A DNA stretch of 64,000 bases, from positions 5,437,839 to 5,501,838 of the forward strand of contig NC_068992.1 in the NCBI RefSeq assembly GCF_001194135.2, in the 5' to 3' direction. Positions 38,856 through 53,955 of the stretch are shown in pieces. The position numbers were made by a program, and so were the translations under genes. Position 1 is the stretch's first letter, and every line of letters begins with the position of its first letter. The notes under the pieces are model-generated. The model searched no databases. It was given only the letters and a program-made list of their open reading frames with translations, and was not told the origin of the DNA. This DNA comes from Octopus bimaculoides. Its lineage: Eukaryota.

Positions 38856-40093
38856 CTATTACATTTGAAGCATATTCCTCAATTTCTGAAAATTGTCTCT
38901 GAAAGAAATCATTGTTAAAATAGAAGGAAAATGCTAGCATTTCCCACACTTCCATGGCTTAAGCCTTGAGACAAGCATATGACTACTAGCAGGATCAACC
39001 AAATATTTATCCCAATATTTTGATGCAACCTCATTCTATTCAATTGGGGAAGCCAGTCTATCTCCTCCGTGGTCATTTATTATACTAGACATTGCAGAGA
39101 TCAATTGCGACACAGAATGACTCCTTTCTCATAATTGTAATTCAATCAGCAATTCAATAAGCAATGAGAAGATAAATGGAGGTTTGTCAAATCTCATTCC
39201 TATAGTATTGTTGATTTTTTTTTTTTAATTTACACCCCGACATAATCGAAATAAAGCCGAATTGAAAGTTATTTGTCGAATGTTTCATTAAAAGATACTT
39301 ATATTTGCTAAAATCTGTGAGGAAAGAAATCTCAGGAGTGTGAAATAGAAACACTTGTGCTTTAAATGTTTTTTCTACAAATACTTAGATTATGACAACC
39401 TATTCTATCTAAAACATAAGTAGGGAAACATTCACGAATAAATATCCGTTTTATTGAGCGTTATGAAGAAACTCACATATTACTGTAGCTATACTCTAAA
39501 TTTACTGAGTACAGTAAGATGAATAAAGTACACAAAAGAAAATTTGACGTAATATATGAGAATGTTTAACACATCAATGCAATCAAATGTGTGAATATAT
39601 TTAAGGAGGTAATCGAGAATCACGGAGGTGTGGTATATCGCAAGTTGACTTTTCTATAAACTTTAATTTTAACGTCGTTGAAAGTAAAAAGTAACTGTGA
39701 ATGGAATTTCGAATGAAATTCAAAGTAAATTCTAGCATTGTATGATTTAATAATGTTCTATGGAGAGATTAGAATATAAATGTATGGATTGATATAGCGA
39801 AATATTATTCTATAATCTCATTTAAAGTTAGCAAATTATTGGCGTCTCTCATAAAAAAAAATCTTGTAAATGTATAGTTACGTTCGTATATGCATAATAA
39901 GAGAAAGGTCTTTTGAAATATTAAAAAAAGGGGTACAGAATGACAAGGGCCCTGCATAATTCCATGAAGTTATTCTTTTAAAACCTCAGAGATCTCTATT
40001 AAATAAATTATTTCTAGAATATATTTTCGATTTCATCGTAAAATTTAATCATATTTTTAAGTATCTAATCTATGAAACCATTAAACAATGTGT

Positions 40094-40136
<43 letters not shown>

Positions 40137-40352
40137 NNNNNNNNNNNNNNNNNNNNNNNNNNNNNNNNNNNNNNNNNNNNNNNNNNNNNNNNNNNNNNNN
40201 NNNNNNNNNNNNNNNNNNNNNNNNNNNNNNNNNNNNNNNNNNNNNNNNNNNNNNNNNNNNNNNNNNNNNNNNNNNNNNNNNNNNNNNNNNNNNNNNNNNN
40301 NNNNNNNNNNNNNNNNNNNNNNNNNNNNNNNNNNNNNNNNNNNNNNNNNNNN

Positions 40353-40399
<47 letters not shown>

Positions 40400-41518
40400 A
40401 GTAGAATATAACTGGTGATACGCACATGCCCCGACGCACGCTTTTCATAATCCTCCTGCCTATTGCCAAATATTTTGAATCGTTTCTATAAGTGAAAAAC
40501 AACAAAGTTTTCGTAAATACCAGCAAATCGCTTACCATTAGCCAAGCTGTCTGGTGCTGGTTAAATCTTAAATTATCTGATTGAAATAGAGGCTTAGATG
40601 CTACTAATAGGATATTTCTATGCATTGATCTGTTTTCTATATTTTTTGAAAGAATTCTCTTATATGTAATTACTTCAGGCTTCAAAATGTTTCTAATAAT
40701 TTTATATACACTTTGGTGGAATAAATTCAATAATACCGGCGACCGCCAAACGGAATGTCTCATTTGAAAATATATTAGGCACGTGATGTGAATTTAACAT
40801 AATCTGTACTTTTGATACAGCTTATTTATTTCTACCTTCTTCACTTCGATACGTTTCCCTTGAAATCCGTAATAGGATTCATGGTGTCAAAGAAATTGTA
40901 AACCGCACATATATAGGAAACTTACCGTAACAATGAACCATTTGTATATGATTGTATACTCAACCGTTTCAGTATAATAATGTTCTTCAATATTCTTTGT
41001 GCAGGGCATTCTAAAAAACCTGAACTCATATTCCTCTAGTATGTAAAGAAGGCAAGAAATGAATTATGACAAATAACAATACCTGTAATAGTAGTAGTAG
41101 TAGTAGTAGTAGTAGTAGCAGCAGCAGCAGTAGTAATTGTTGTTGCTGCGGTTGTTTAGAACTCAATCGAACCTGAGCGTGTACACCCATACTGAGATAC
41201 TATGGTGCAGACTCCTGTTACATTTTTTTTATATAACATTACCACACTGCTTAAGAAGTCTGTAAAGTGAAAAGATTGTTGCTTTGATTAGTGTAATATT
41301 GGCAGCAAATGCTTACTTTGGAGGACCCGATCTGCGATTTCATTTTCTGTTGTTAATTTAGAATATGAATTTGTTGGTAATTTTAATTCTCCTTATTCTC
41401 AATTTCCTTATATATATATATATATATAAAACTCGTCTAAGTAATATAGATTTTCTTTAAAATGCAACTATCTAAGTAAGATTTCCCAGATTTGTAACAT
41501 ATATTCTTTTCTACGCTA

Positions 41519-41720
41519 GGCACATGGCCCGAAATATTTGGGGAGGTGAGCAGTTGATTAGACCTATCTCAGTACGCAACCGGTAATTAATTAACTTATC
41601 GACCCCGAAAGGATGAAAGGCAAAGTCGACCTCGGCGGAATTTGAACTCAGAACGTAACGGCAGAGAAATACCGCTAAGCATTTCGCCCGGCGTGCTAAC
41701 GTTTCTGCCAGCTCGCCGCC
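41519..41720 (-). mobile_element. tRNA-derived SINE family B, near full length
   Basis: Minus strand GGCGAGCTGGCAGAAACGTTAGCACGCC...GAGTTCAAATTCC (B box)...GACTTTGCCTTTCATCCTTTCGGGGTCGATAA; multicopy in the window. Confidence 0.9.
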
Positions 41721-43315
41721 GTTTGTAACATATATATATTCCAATGAAAGTAATGTTCTGTGACTTTATTCGTCCCTTTGTGTCTTTAGTTATAGAAAAA
41801 ACTATAATCTCGCATATATTTATGGGGATAAATTTTGTTACATTCGCGTCTTTGTGAGAATATCGTTCGCTCTAATCTTTTGGATGTTACAGCAAAGTAA
41901 TCCGAAGGCAAAATAAATAAATCTGGAACTTTGCAACAGTTAATCACCAGAAACATCACAGCTACAAAAGCGATAACTGTAGATTATTTCTTCAAGGCTC
42001 TCATTTATTTATCAAGAACATGATAGGAAACATGTGTATAATAAAATAAGTAGCATTTTGATCATATTTTCTCACATTTTTTTATTCGTGTGTATACTTT
42101 CCGTTTTCTTATGCTATGCTTCGTTGTCCCTGAGGTGGCGTAGTTTTGAAGTAGAAAAAAACAATGTACCTAATCTTCCAACGAACTATTTTATAACACT
42201 TCGAACGACACCCCAACAATACACAGAAGAAAATGTAGCTAGCAAAAAAACGTTTAATATTTACACTGATTTATATAAACATATAACCAAATTCTAAAAA
42301 AAATAAAATCATCCCTGTAGGCGTTTCTTCATATTTATTTTGACAGTGTAAAAGAAAAAAGAAATCAAATGTTATAAAAAGAAATAATGTGTGCCCTCCA
42401 AAGTAGTGTAAAGCAAAATAAAAATCATACCACTCTCTTCTTATGACACCAAAATAACAATCTTTATTGCATTTGAAATCGAAATGGCAAAATTAATCAA
42501 TAAGAGTGATGCCAGCATGGCTCAGAGTGAGGAAAGGAATAGATATAATTTCTTTACTCTATACTTTGTTTTCCTTGTATTTTTCTATTTTCTTATAAAA
42601 TATTCTAATTTTTTTCTGGCATGTTTTTCTAAAAGTATTCTGATAAAATTATCAACAAATTACCAAGAAAATATAAGAAATGTGACGAAGTGAAGACATT
42701 TATTTACATTGACATATGTGGGTATAATTGTGTGTGCGTGTGTGTGTGTATGTGTGTGTGTCTATGTGTTTGTGTGTGTATGTGTGTGTTTGTTTTGTAC
42801 ATATTTGCATTTCCGTGAATACATGTTTTATAATCATAGGTCGTCTAAACAAGATATTTAATCACGGTGAGTGCACAGTTCAATGTGTCACACCATTTCA
42901 GTTTAATATGTAGGTGATTTAAACAAACAAGTATGCATACAAAATATACCACGTGAATTGAATAGTGTTTATACGCATCTAGTCAGCACGCGGGAAATTT
43001 GAACTGTAACTGACATTTCTCATCCGCCACTGTCGAACAAAATGTAGTTAATCATTTAGCCTCATTGTTGCAGTTGTTGACATAAGAAACATTTCTGAAA
43101 TATTGATATTATATAATAATATTGACAGAATAGCTACTTTATGAAATTCACTAATATTAATAGTCTGATTATAGGTGGAAGGAAAATTAAATGAATTCGC
43201 GAATTAGGCAAAAATTATATTTCTCCATACAGCCGGAACAGAAAATGATAGTAGCAATGTCGGTACTGGTATCGTAAGAAAAGGAAAAAAGAAATTCTAA
43301 ATCACAATTTGATAA

Positions 43316-43990
43316 TAGCAGGTCATCTCATAAGTTCTTTCTGAATTTTGAATAAAGAAAATAAGTGATCACATGTTATATTTAATTGAAATTTAATCAT
43401 CAATGTACTATACCTGTTTATCTATGACTTCCTTCCATCTATTTACAAGCTTTTTTAATTCCATCAATGTAAAACTCTTTTGGTTTCAAAGCGACCTCCT
43501 CCTGGCTTGCGAAAGTTATGTACTCCAAATGATTCTGTAAAGTACGAAACAAATGGTAATCTGAATGAGCAAGGTCGAGAGAATAAAGTTGGATGAGGAA
43601 TTTTTTCCCAACCAATCTCTTCGATCTTCTGTGACGTGATCTTTGCAGTGCGGTGTCGCGCATTGTCCTGATGAAACATCACTCCTTTTCGATTCACTGA
43701 AGCGGCTCTTTTTTTTTCTTCAAAGCTTGGTTCAAATGCTCTAATTGCTGACAGTAGATTAAACATTGATTGTTGCATTAGGTGGTAACAGTTCAAAGTG
43801 AATTACTTCTTTGCAATCCCACCAGATAGAGAGAAGAACCTTTTTTCCCATGAAGTTCCCTTCTCGGTTGTGGTTGTGCTTTTCCTCTTTTACCAAGCCA
43901 CTGTTTACGACGTTTAAAATTTCGATAGAAGATCCATTTTTCGTCACCAGTTACTATATAAAGTATACTGCCTTTATCAAGATTCCTTTA
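43316..43990 (-). mobile_element. Mariner (D,D34D) transposase pseudogene, catalytic half, with a putative 3' TIR
   Basis: IVTGDEKWIFY, KVLLSIWWD, HQDNARH, and after a +1 frameshift YSLDLAHSDYHLF; 34 residues separate the second and third D. Mariner-like terminus TAGCAGGTCATCTCATAAGTTC at 43316. 5' truncated. Confidence 0.93.
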
Positions 43991-46176
43991 CGAAATAACA
44001 GTAAATAATCAATAGCAGCGCCTCCAATTTACACGTATTGGGAAACGAAATACAAGCCATTGATATTCATAGATGCAACCCCGCAAAAATCTGTAATAAC
44101 GCAACACTGCAAACACAAAGGAGACACTGGAGATATTCAGATTGTTTCAAATAATTCCTCTACGATGTCTCTTGTGCGCAGAATCTTATGAAATATTCTT
44201 AATGAATATATTGTAGATTACAGAAGGAAAATTCAGTCAACATTTAAAAGAACAAGGATCAATTCATCTTCCACGTAGCATTGGATTTTCTTTGTCATTG
44301 ATAGGCCTCAAATCAAGAATATCACTTACGCCATTAATGAAGACATTTCGGGAAACATAAGGTTTTTCAGATTCGTTTCTGATAGTATTTTATGCAGAAC
44401 TAATTATTGTTGCTTGGCATTTTATTTCAAATAAAAACATAACAATAGTGTCCTATATATTCGATCCACTGTAATTATGGTAACTCTGTTGATTTATAAC
44501 CCATGCTTAATTTGATTTGCATAGTATCTAAGGGAATACTTTGATCAGCATTTGTGATTTTATAGCTCATTTATATCACTTTTAAGATGCTATCTGTACG
44601 AGGATGTAGAACATTTAGTCCTTCCAAATAAAATTCTATTTTGCAATCACAGGAAATATTTGACATATATTAATGTAAAACCTACTTAATTTAGCTTGAG
44701 GTATAACATATTTATACGTATAACGCGGAGGTCGTTGGTGATAGAGATTATGTTAAAGATAATTGGGAAATAGGATTATCAAAGCATGTTGATTTTAAAG
44801 ATGTGAAATAAAATAACGACGTTTCTCTAGATCAACGCTAATTCTAGAATCAATAATAGATTTAAAAGCAATGAAATGAATTGACCTTAGGTTATTGCTG
44901 AGGTTTGCACTGACAGGCAAATGTCCACTCTTTTCGAAGTTTAATTCGAAAATAAGTAGATCATTATGATAAAAACTCTCATAGAGATCAATACAAACGC
45001 AATAAATATTGTTAGCATGAGAGCTCTATATAACATAAAACTGACGAATGCTTTTAGAAATGTACGTACAACAATCTGAAATAAGTGAATTTCTAATTGC
45101 AATTTCAACAAGAACAAACATTAATTGCTTAGCTTTTATCTGAAGAGTAGTTTCGTTTTTGATATTGAAGGTAACCTTTGAAGAAGATAGTGATTACTCA
45201 TTGTGATCTCAGAAAATGAGAAGCTACCTCGAACAAAGTGCATTTGGTATGTGAATTTCAGCTGCCAACCGATGTCAAAAATATTATAATAATGCAGCTT
45301 CATAAATAATGTGAGACTGATCATAATGTTCATATTACTAATCATACCAATACCTATATCAAACCAGCTTGACATTTATAGTAGATATGAAAACGGATGA
45401 AACTTATTAAACCATGGCGCTGAAGCTGATTTCTCTCGACAAAACTCTTTACTGGACTAGTACAAAATGTCATTAATGTTGATTTAAAGTGCGCTATAGC
45501 GACCCAAATATTTTACCGAGCTAATTTATAATATATAAATATCATGAACGTTGTTTGTTCATTACATATACCTCCATATGATCAGACTGTATTCAGATCT
45601 TACAGTTTTGTAGTACATCTGAATCTACGTGTCGAAATAGCATCAATTTGGAATGTGTACTCATCCTGATCAATCTGGGTTAATCTATAGAAACAGAATT
45701 TGTGCATGTTAATGCTATTATTCCTTATTTGACAACCAACGTCTATTTAATCATTATAATCTTCATTCAGTGAGTGTTATTACTGATTCAAACTATGTGA
45801 AGTAGAAAAGATTTGTTTGAATTTGAATGTGATTTAAACAGTGGAACAGTGAGCTGAACAATATTCATTCGTCAATTGATTAAATGATAAATATAGATCA
45901 TCCAATAATAGAATATTTTTTGCCACTGTTGTTGTCAAATTAATTTTGTTTTCAAATTAATCGTATAGATCAATTAATCTTCTATGTATTTTTTGTTGCT
46001 CAAGTATGTGTGTATGACGATGAAATCTAAATTAACAATTCCAAATGGAAGAAGTCAACATGTTTGTTATCATTTAGTTAGAAGGCATTTTAGATGGAGG
46101 AAAAAAAACGAGGTGATTACTGTAATGACTGAAAGTTATTCATTTTTCGGTCCCAATCGATCAAACATGTACGGAA

Positions 46177-46178
<2 letters not shown>

Positions 46179-46249
<71 letters not shown>
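46179..46249. repeat. (CA)n microsatellite running into a gap
   Basis: Seen directly. Confidence 0.95.
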
Positions 46250-47204
46250 NNNNNNNNNNNNNNNNNNNNNNNNNNNNNNNNNNNNNNNNNNNNNNNNNNN
46301 NNNNNNNNNNNNNNNNNNNNNNNNNNNNNNNNNNNNNNNNNNNNNNNNNNNNNNNNNNNNNNNNNNNNNNNNNNNNNNNNNNNNNNNNNNNNNNNNATTG
46401 GAAGGTTTGGAGGTGATGTAAAGAAATTATATAGAAAAAAATTAATGTACTCAGAAATCTGGATGTTTGTACATTTACAAATTTTTATTAATGTCACATG
46501 TTTTATAAATTAAATAAAGCGCTTTTCACCTAATTTTCTATCGTTAATGATATATAAGTCATAGAAATGAAACAAATGATAGAGCAAAAACTGTGTTGAG
46601 ACGATGACCATTGGACTAGTGGCATATGTACACTACAACAGAGACAAGTCTTGCATAATGAGGATATCTATTTGAGAGAGAACCTGTGTTTTTTGGTGGG
46701 GGAGTAAATAGCTTAGACGATGCAACAGAGCATGTTAATCACAAAATACCAGAGTCTCACTGCTCCATATACTGGAACCCCAGGCGAGAGACACACAGAC
46801 TTTTTCCATTTCCCCTCTAATACATCCGACAGACTCGTAAATTTCATCAACGTCTATACCTGAACGATTTATTTTATGATTGATAGCACAGATTGTTTGA
46901 CCAACTCTTGGGACTAACTCCGGTGACTCCAATTCCAGTAAAGTGACTGCTACGTCACTAGTTTAAATATAGGTTGGGTGAAAAACATATCCGTCTCCAA
47001 TCTGTCTGCAGTTGCATAGGAGAAGCAGGATAAACAAGAATGGCCATAGTTGCTTGAATTTCGTACCCTCTGTAGTAAATATCATTCTTATTCCATATGT
47101 TCGTATTATATCGAAAAACACTGAGCAAGTTTGTACCTAAAGTTTGTTCATAAATTGATTCACTAAAAAGAAACGACTGCATGTAGTATCATCCTTACGT
47201 GAAT

Positions 47205-47405
47205 GCGGTGACCTGGTAGAAACGTTGGCACGCCGGGCGAAATGCCTAGCGGTATTCCGTCTACCTTTATGTTCTGAGTTCAAATTCCACCGAGGTCAAC
47301 TTTGCCTTTCATCGTTTCGGGTTCAAAAAATTGAGTATAAATTGCGTACTGGTGTCGGTCTAAGCGACTGGCCCCCTCCCCCAAAATTTCGGACCTTGAG
47401 CATAG
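47205..47405 (+). mobile_element. SINE family B, near full length
   Basis: Aligns with the reverse complement of 41519-41720. Confidence 0.85.
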
Positions 47406-47952
47406 AGAAGAAAAGAGTATTATCTGTACATTACACGCGATTCAAATTACAAGAATAGGTAACAATGCATAGCAATAGGTTGCCTTATAGGAAATAAAGC
47501 ATTGGTACATTTGTACACACAGCACATACACACACACATGCATACACGCACACACACATGCATACAAACACACACACACACACATAGAAGGACACGCACA
47601 TATACACACACATACACGGGTACACACACACACATATACATTTATGTTTGTGTGCATGCGTGTATATATATGTGTGTGTCTTTATCAGATATTAGCTATG
47701 CTTGGGTGTTCGCATGTATATGCACATTTACACACATATCCGTAAATATCTATGACTAGGTATTTATACGTGAATAGCCATGTGCCGATGTTGAGGTTCG
47801 GATAATCTGAACGATACTACAAATTTAATCCAAATTTTCTCTTTAACATAAAGGAATTGAATTGCAGTTCGAAAATTTATATTTCCCTCTTTCTCAACTG
47901 ATAATACATACAAAGAGTCACCTATATATGTATATATGTATGTGAGCTATGT

Positions 47953-48092
<140 letters not shown>

Positions 48093-48210
48093 ATACATAT
48101 ATGCACATACATATATATATATATATATGATTATACATGTATGATGTTCATGTATTTCTGTTTGACAGAATATGTATCAGTGTGTCTTAATTGAATTGCA
48201 AATAATTACA

Positions 48211-48250
<40 letters not shown>

Positions 48251-50454
48251 TGTGTGGATGCGTGTGTATAAATTGCGTGTATGAGTGTTTGCATTTATAT
48301 ATGTGCATTAGATGGGCCTATATTAGGAGATAGCGAATGCGAGTGTTTTGCAATTTAAATTTTGATGAATTAATTAATAAACTTCAGATTTAATATTTGA
48401 CCTTAGGCTATTTTAACTTTACAGTGAATTTAATTTTTAATTAATTTCTATCTTAATTATATTACTTGGGCAGTTATCAACATAAATGGTTCTTATCAGA
48501 ATGTATTAGTGCACATGTTATTTTCCCATTCACCAATATCTGTAATTGCCAAGATATTAAAACATGCATGTCTGATTGGTATCATTCTATATGATGTCTT
48601 GTAGTTTAATGGAAAATCTCGAGATAAAAACTACATATTTCATCATAATTTTCTCTTTAATTCTCTTTATTATTAATTCGGAGAGATTTCTCCCTGATTG
48701 AAAATTCTAAAATAATATGGCATCACCTAACATTCTATTAGCGATGGAGATTTATATATAACCTGTGGTTTCAGATGTGAGTGTGTTTTTGTTACTGAAA
48801 TTGTTTTTGTCCCTGTTATATCTTCTTTCTGTTTATTATATGAAAACCGATAGATTTCTAGAGACAAGTGAGGAATAGCATATCATGTTATCATTCACTT
48901 CAACTAAAATGGGAATCATTATGTTTGTGTAAAGGAATCTAATATCCTCAATTCATACCTGTTAGCAGAATGAATGCAAAGGGATATGTTTTGAAAAAAA
49001 ACATAAGGATTATTATACTGTATACGCGCATCGTTACGTTTTCAGCGTCCACAAGACAATATCCCACTATTGCATGTGTAAGTTTATATATATAGTAATA
49101 ATAACAATGATCTTTCGATGGAATATATAAACATTTAATGCATCGCTACGCGGGTTTCCGCAATTCACATCTGTTAAGATGACAGTCCCTATTTCAGGGA
49201 AAATTTCGATGGGAAATCGGGTAGATCATCTTCGTGGATTCATTTATTCAGGAGATATAACGTTAAGAACGATGAAATTCATAAACGATTAATTCCATGT
49301 ATTAAATCTTTATAAATTTCATCCAAGGGTCATTGTCATTATTACTATATTTATCCTACATTATCACGTTACAACACGACGCAACCCCCAAAACTGGTCA
49401 CTAGTGAGATTCAATAGACTATGGCCGGCATAAAGGAATAGGGGTTTTATATGCATATTCAAAACGTTACACTTAAACAAATTTAAAAGATATATGTGTG
49501 CGTGGGTGTGCATACACACTCATACTTGCACAAATTTACTCATACATACACATACACCCATATATATATATATATATTTGTTTGTGTGCGTGTGTTTATG
49601 TGTGTGTAAAATAGAGAATACACAAGGCATTTTCATGAAGTGACCTAAGCAAAAATATATATTCAATACGATTGCACAGTTTGTTTTACCAACAAAACAT
49701 TGTTTGAACTATAACAAAACTTCTGTATATTATTGGGAGTGCTTGTGAGAAGTGGTTAGAAGTGGTTTTGCTTTGCGTAGGTCGATAAAGATGAAAGGAA
49801 AGAAAAACAATTGATTCGGACAAACAATTATAAACTTAGAGTCTTTTACGTCTGTTTCTACAGCAACGAAGCATAGTAAGGATTCCATTTCTGGAGTATT
49901 TCAGTATCAGAGAGGGAGGTGTCAGAGGGATGTAAACATGATATAATACACCCAGTCGAGGATAACAGTATAACAGAATATTCTAGTTTGTCAAAATTAT
50001 GGGAAAGATCAAAGTAAAATAATTATTAGTTCAGTAGTGCCATGATGGAATAAATGATACAGTTACAGGTAATGCTCATTAGCAGTTTCAAGTGGGAATG
50101 TTCGATTATAATACATGGTAAGTTATAGTTCTAGTTATGAATAGAAAAGAAGTGTTTTGTATATGTATATCATACTATTGTGTCGAGGGAGGAATGTCAA
50201 AAAGATAGATCAGTAAAGTAGATATATACTAGTCTGTTTAATGTGAGTGTGATTATACTTGTCGAATGTTATATATACAGGTGCTCAACTAACGTAAGTA
50301 TCGCGAAGGTCCAGTGAAACAGAGGGTACTATAAAGTTCGGAATTTGTATTAGAGATGGAAACTATCTGTGGCATTTCCAACCCACTTATGCTGACCCAC
50401 TCTTTCTAACAAATCTGGATTAAATTGATGTTGTAGAGAATAGCACTTTGTCAA

Positions 50455-50515
50455 GATGTGACACTGCGGAAACGAACTCAGAACCTTCTGATTGCAAAGC
50501 GGTATTTTAACCATT
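50455..50515 (-). mobile_element. Degenerate tRNA-like SINE head
   Basis: Reverse complement GGTTAAAATACCGCTTTGCAATCAGAAGGTTCTGAGTTCGTTTCC has a tRNA-like layout with a B box. Confidence 0.4.
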
Positions 50516-51964
50516 TAACATCTTCTATCTGCTGTCTACTTTTATTATTTATTTTTTTTAGTTATTTTATGGCATGCTGAAAAACATTTGTCTTCTTACA
50601 GTGTGTTTTCTAAGTATAAATATGTGTTCAATATATAGAAAAGATCAATATAGGATAAGGATATTTTTCTCTTAAGTGCCATAAACAATTGTCATTACAC
50701 TTTCAGTAACTACAGTAACTGCATTATTTAGCGTATTCTAACTAGTGAACTATAACAATATTTCATTGCAATGTCAGAGAAATATTTGCATATTTCCTTA
50801 ACCTATTCTGCTGATTTTGAGGTGAATGAATCTTACCAAGAGATATGTAAGGCATGTTAAATGGAATGATGTATAGAAGATAGTATTAACTATATTTTAC
50901 AAAACCACCAAAAGTGTCCTACATATCTTTGTTTCCAACATAGACTGCTACGGTGGAGATATATTGTGTGTAATTTGCAGTCTTCCTTTACTTACTGATT
51001 AATGGCGACTACTCTCACAGGGTGGTGGAAAGAAAGCAAAATATTAGATATGTTGGTAGATACGAGCTGTTCAATGCAATGTTCTTAGCATATTCAGATA
51101 ATGACATATATTAGAATGAAATCTACACTGATGTAACCAAATTTCATTTCCCTCTGAGTAATCCCCATGCGTACTTAATTTCCTATGAATTGCTATCGAT
51201 TCAGCGTTAATTTATTGCACCCTTACATCAGATCTGTGCATATGATATATCATATGTGGGTAGTTATATATAAATTGTTTATCAAATTATATATAGTCTG
51301 TTTGAAGCAGATATTTTACTTTGAAGAAATAGTGTTAAATTTCAATTTGAACATAACTATTTGCTTAATGATTTATTTTAAATATGTTGGCAGAGTTCAA
51401 ATCTCCGGGGTCCGTGTTTATTTATTGCCCTCCAGATGTCAATATTTGTTGGACATTCCCATTTGGAAGAAATTCAAATGAATTCTCATGTTGAGAATTA
51501 CTAACATAATGATTACAATAAATAATTGTTTGAACATTATTTTTTCTTCTTACATTTAGAATTGTTTAGTTCACGTGCTACGTCTCAGCGAAACTATCAC
51601 GAGAATCCTTTCCTGCTTCATAACATCTTTTTTTTTTTTCTTTTACTAAATTTCTCAATTTCAGATGAAGACGTATTTAATAAGAGGATAACTATTATTG
51701 GTAACTTTGTCAAAGAAACATATAGCATAATCGTATCTACTGATACTATTACTATAAATATTAATACTAATATTACTACTTGCTATGCTGTTCAGACAAA
51801 TACATAACAAAAGCACCAAGACTTACAAGTATATATAACATACAGAAAATTGCACTACTGAGCACTGCAGACATCCTACGCAAAACGCTTTCAATACAGT
51901 AACCATAAAAGCATCACAGCAAACCACAGCAGTGAAGTGAAAGTACGTTAAAAAAATAAAACTA

Positions 51965-52004
<40 letters not shown>

Positions 52005-53955
52005 TTCTCTCTACTGGGCACAAGTGCCGAAACAAAACGAGAAGGGAGAATACAACAGAAGTGACAAGCGGGGCTTGGTACAAAAATTCGTGTATAAAAA
52101 ATAAACAAAAAAGAATTAACAAAAAAATTCTTCAATAAAATATTCCAAATATTGTGTGGGGGGGGGGGTCACCTTGACTCAACCAAAGAACACCACACAG
52201 ATTCGTTACCCCGAAAGTGAGTGGCACCGCTTTTTCTCTGTTCTTCAAGCTTAAAATAAATGTTCAGAGTTGACCGATCTACACAAGTCATCTTCAGCAC
52301 AATCACCCACCATTCAACAAAACTCATCGGCGAAGTATCTTCGTCTCCACCCTTGATGTCTTCTTTAAATGAAACTTGAAAACAATCGTTTAGGGCAGAG
52401 CGGAAGAGGAGAATATCAGTCTTCACTCCTTTCAACCTCGTTTGCCAACCTCGTTCTAGTGGCAGAGCCACTAGACTTAGAAAAAACTGCCTTCCCCTCA
52501 CAGCCAGAAGAAAGCGACGGGGCGATTTTTCTTATGGACTAAGCTGATGAACGGATCAACATGTGTTCGACAAATCTGCACAAGTTAACAATGCACAAAC
52601 AATGAAAGAATCCTGGTACCACTGCAGATTGAAACGGTTGAAAGCAAGCGCTCTGTTAGACGTGTGGTGTCTCCACGAGCAACTTCAGGAAGATTCCTTG
52701 TTTTAGGGGAATTACTAATTGCTATAATTCTATATTGTTACAGTGTCTTACGTTTTACTCGCCTCTTTATGTAACCCTACATTGTATTGTCCTCTACTCT
52801 CCACGATATTGTTTTGTTTTTCGATGTGTAAGCACTTGTGGTAAATACTATAATTTTTGTTGCAGTAGTTGTTGTTGTTGAGCATTCGCTGTTTTTGATT
52901 TACTGCTTTCTTTTTGCTGCTGTTACCCCTTAATGTACATTTTATTTTTGTTATTACTAAAAATGTCATAATGCTAGTGAAACTGAAGAAAATATTGTTG
53001 ATATTTTAAGTGCAAATTTAGGCGAAACTTTATCACTTCAAACATTGCTCTCACATACATGAAGACATTCTGGAAACTTCCTACAAGTAGATTAAGTAGT
53101 TTTCAAAGAATCAATGAAATCGGATCACAATTTGCTGCTAATGTTTCATTTAGATTTCATTGCTTTAATTTTCAGCCATACGATGATTTATTATATACGA
53201 CTCTTAAAAAAGCAAGTTAGAATGTCTGCATTAAAGATCTTATCAAGATATTTCACAGTTCAGTGTTCAATATTTGATTATAAAGTCAGCAATGTAATCA
53301 AAGATTTGACACTGGATTAAATTGCTTGACAGTTCGTTGTAGATAGGTTGTTACTATAACCAACACGATTCTCTTAAGATGGTATCTATTGAGAAGCTCA
53401 TTGGTATCAAGCAAAGTAAATAAAATGGAACATTTTTGTTAGTCACTCTTTCGGAGTTACAGGAGACTAGAAAAACATTTATTCAAAATAATATAGTACG
53501 TAAAACTATTTTGCGAATACGAATAGAGTTTCTGATAATATTACTGACAAAATTTATTTAAATTTTAGAGAACTATTAGTGGACCTTTCCTTCGGTTATT
53601 TTGACTACAGTGGCCCCCAAAATATTCTCTTTTGTAAAAATCGTTGAACTTGAAATACTGCCTTTTGACACAAAATCTTAAAATTACATTTAATTATAAC
53701 CATTACCGTAATGTAAAGAGTCGAAAATACCAGATCCATCGAATCTCTTTGTTTGTGTTTTCATAAAACAGCTTATGTGGAACAAATCATGAAACAGGAT
53801 CCTCCATCAACATCGGTTTTTCTTCAAAACCGAAATGTTTCCTTAAAAATCTACCGAAAACCTGGGAAGAATCTTTAAACGCCGAGCGACAACTTGCATC
53901 ATTGTGTGTGTCTAATTTCCGACAAATTTGAGGTTGGGCGGTCTTCTTCAGTGCG

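Noticed and set aside
46640-47060. GC-richer block with VPVYGAVRLW, faintly like the RTE LLYG.ETW motif
   Set aside because: A single weak motif, insufficient to call.
52010-52035. GGCAC-AA-GTGCC-GAAAC resembling hammerhead stem II plus GAAA; also CTGATGA near 27316 and 52543
   Set aside because: The other half of the core is missing or the helices do not close. The first looks like a decayed SINE B tail.
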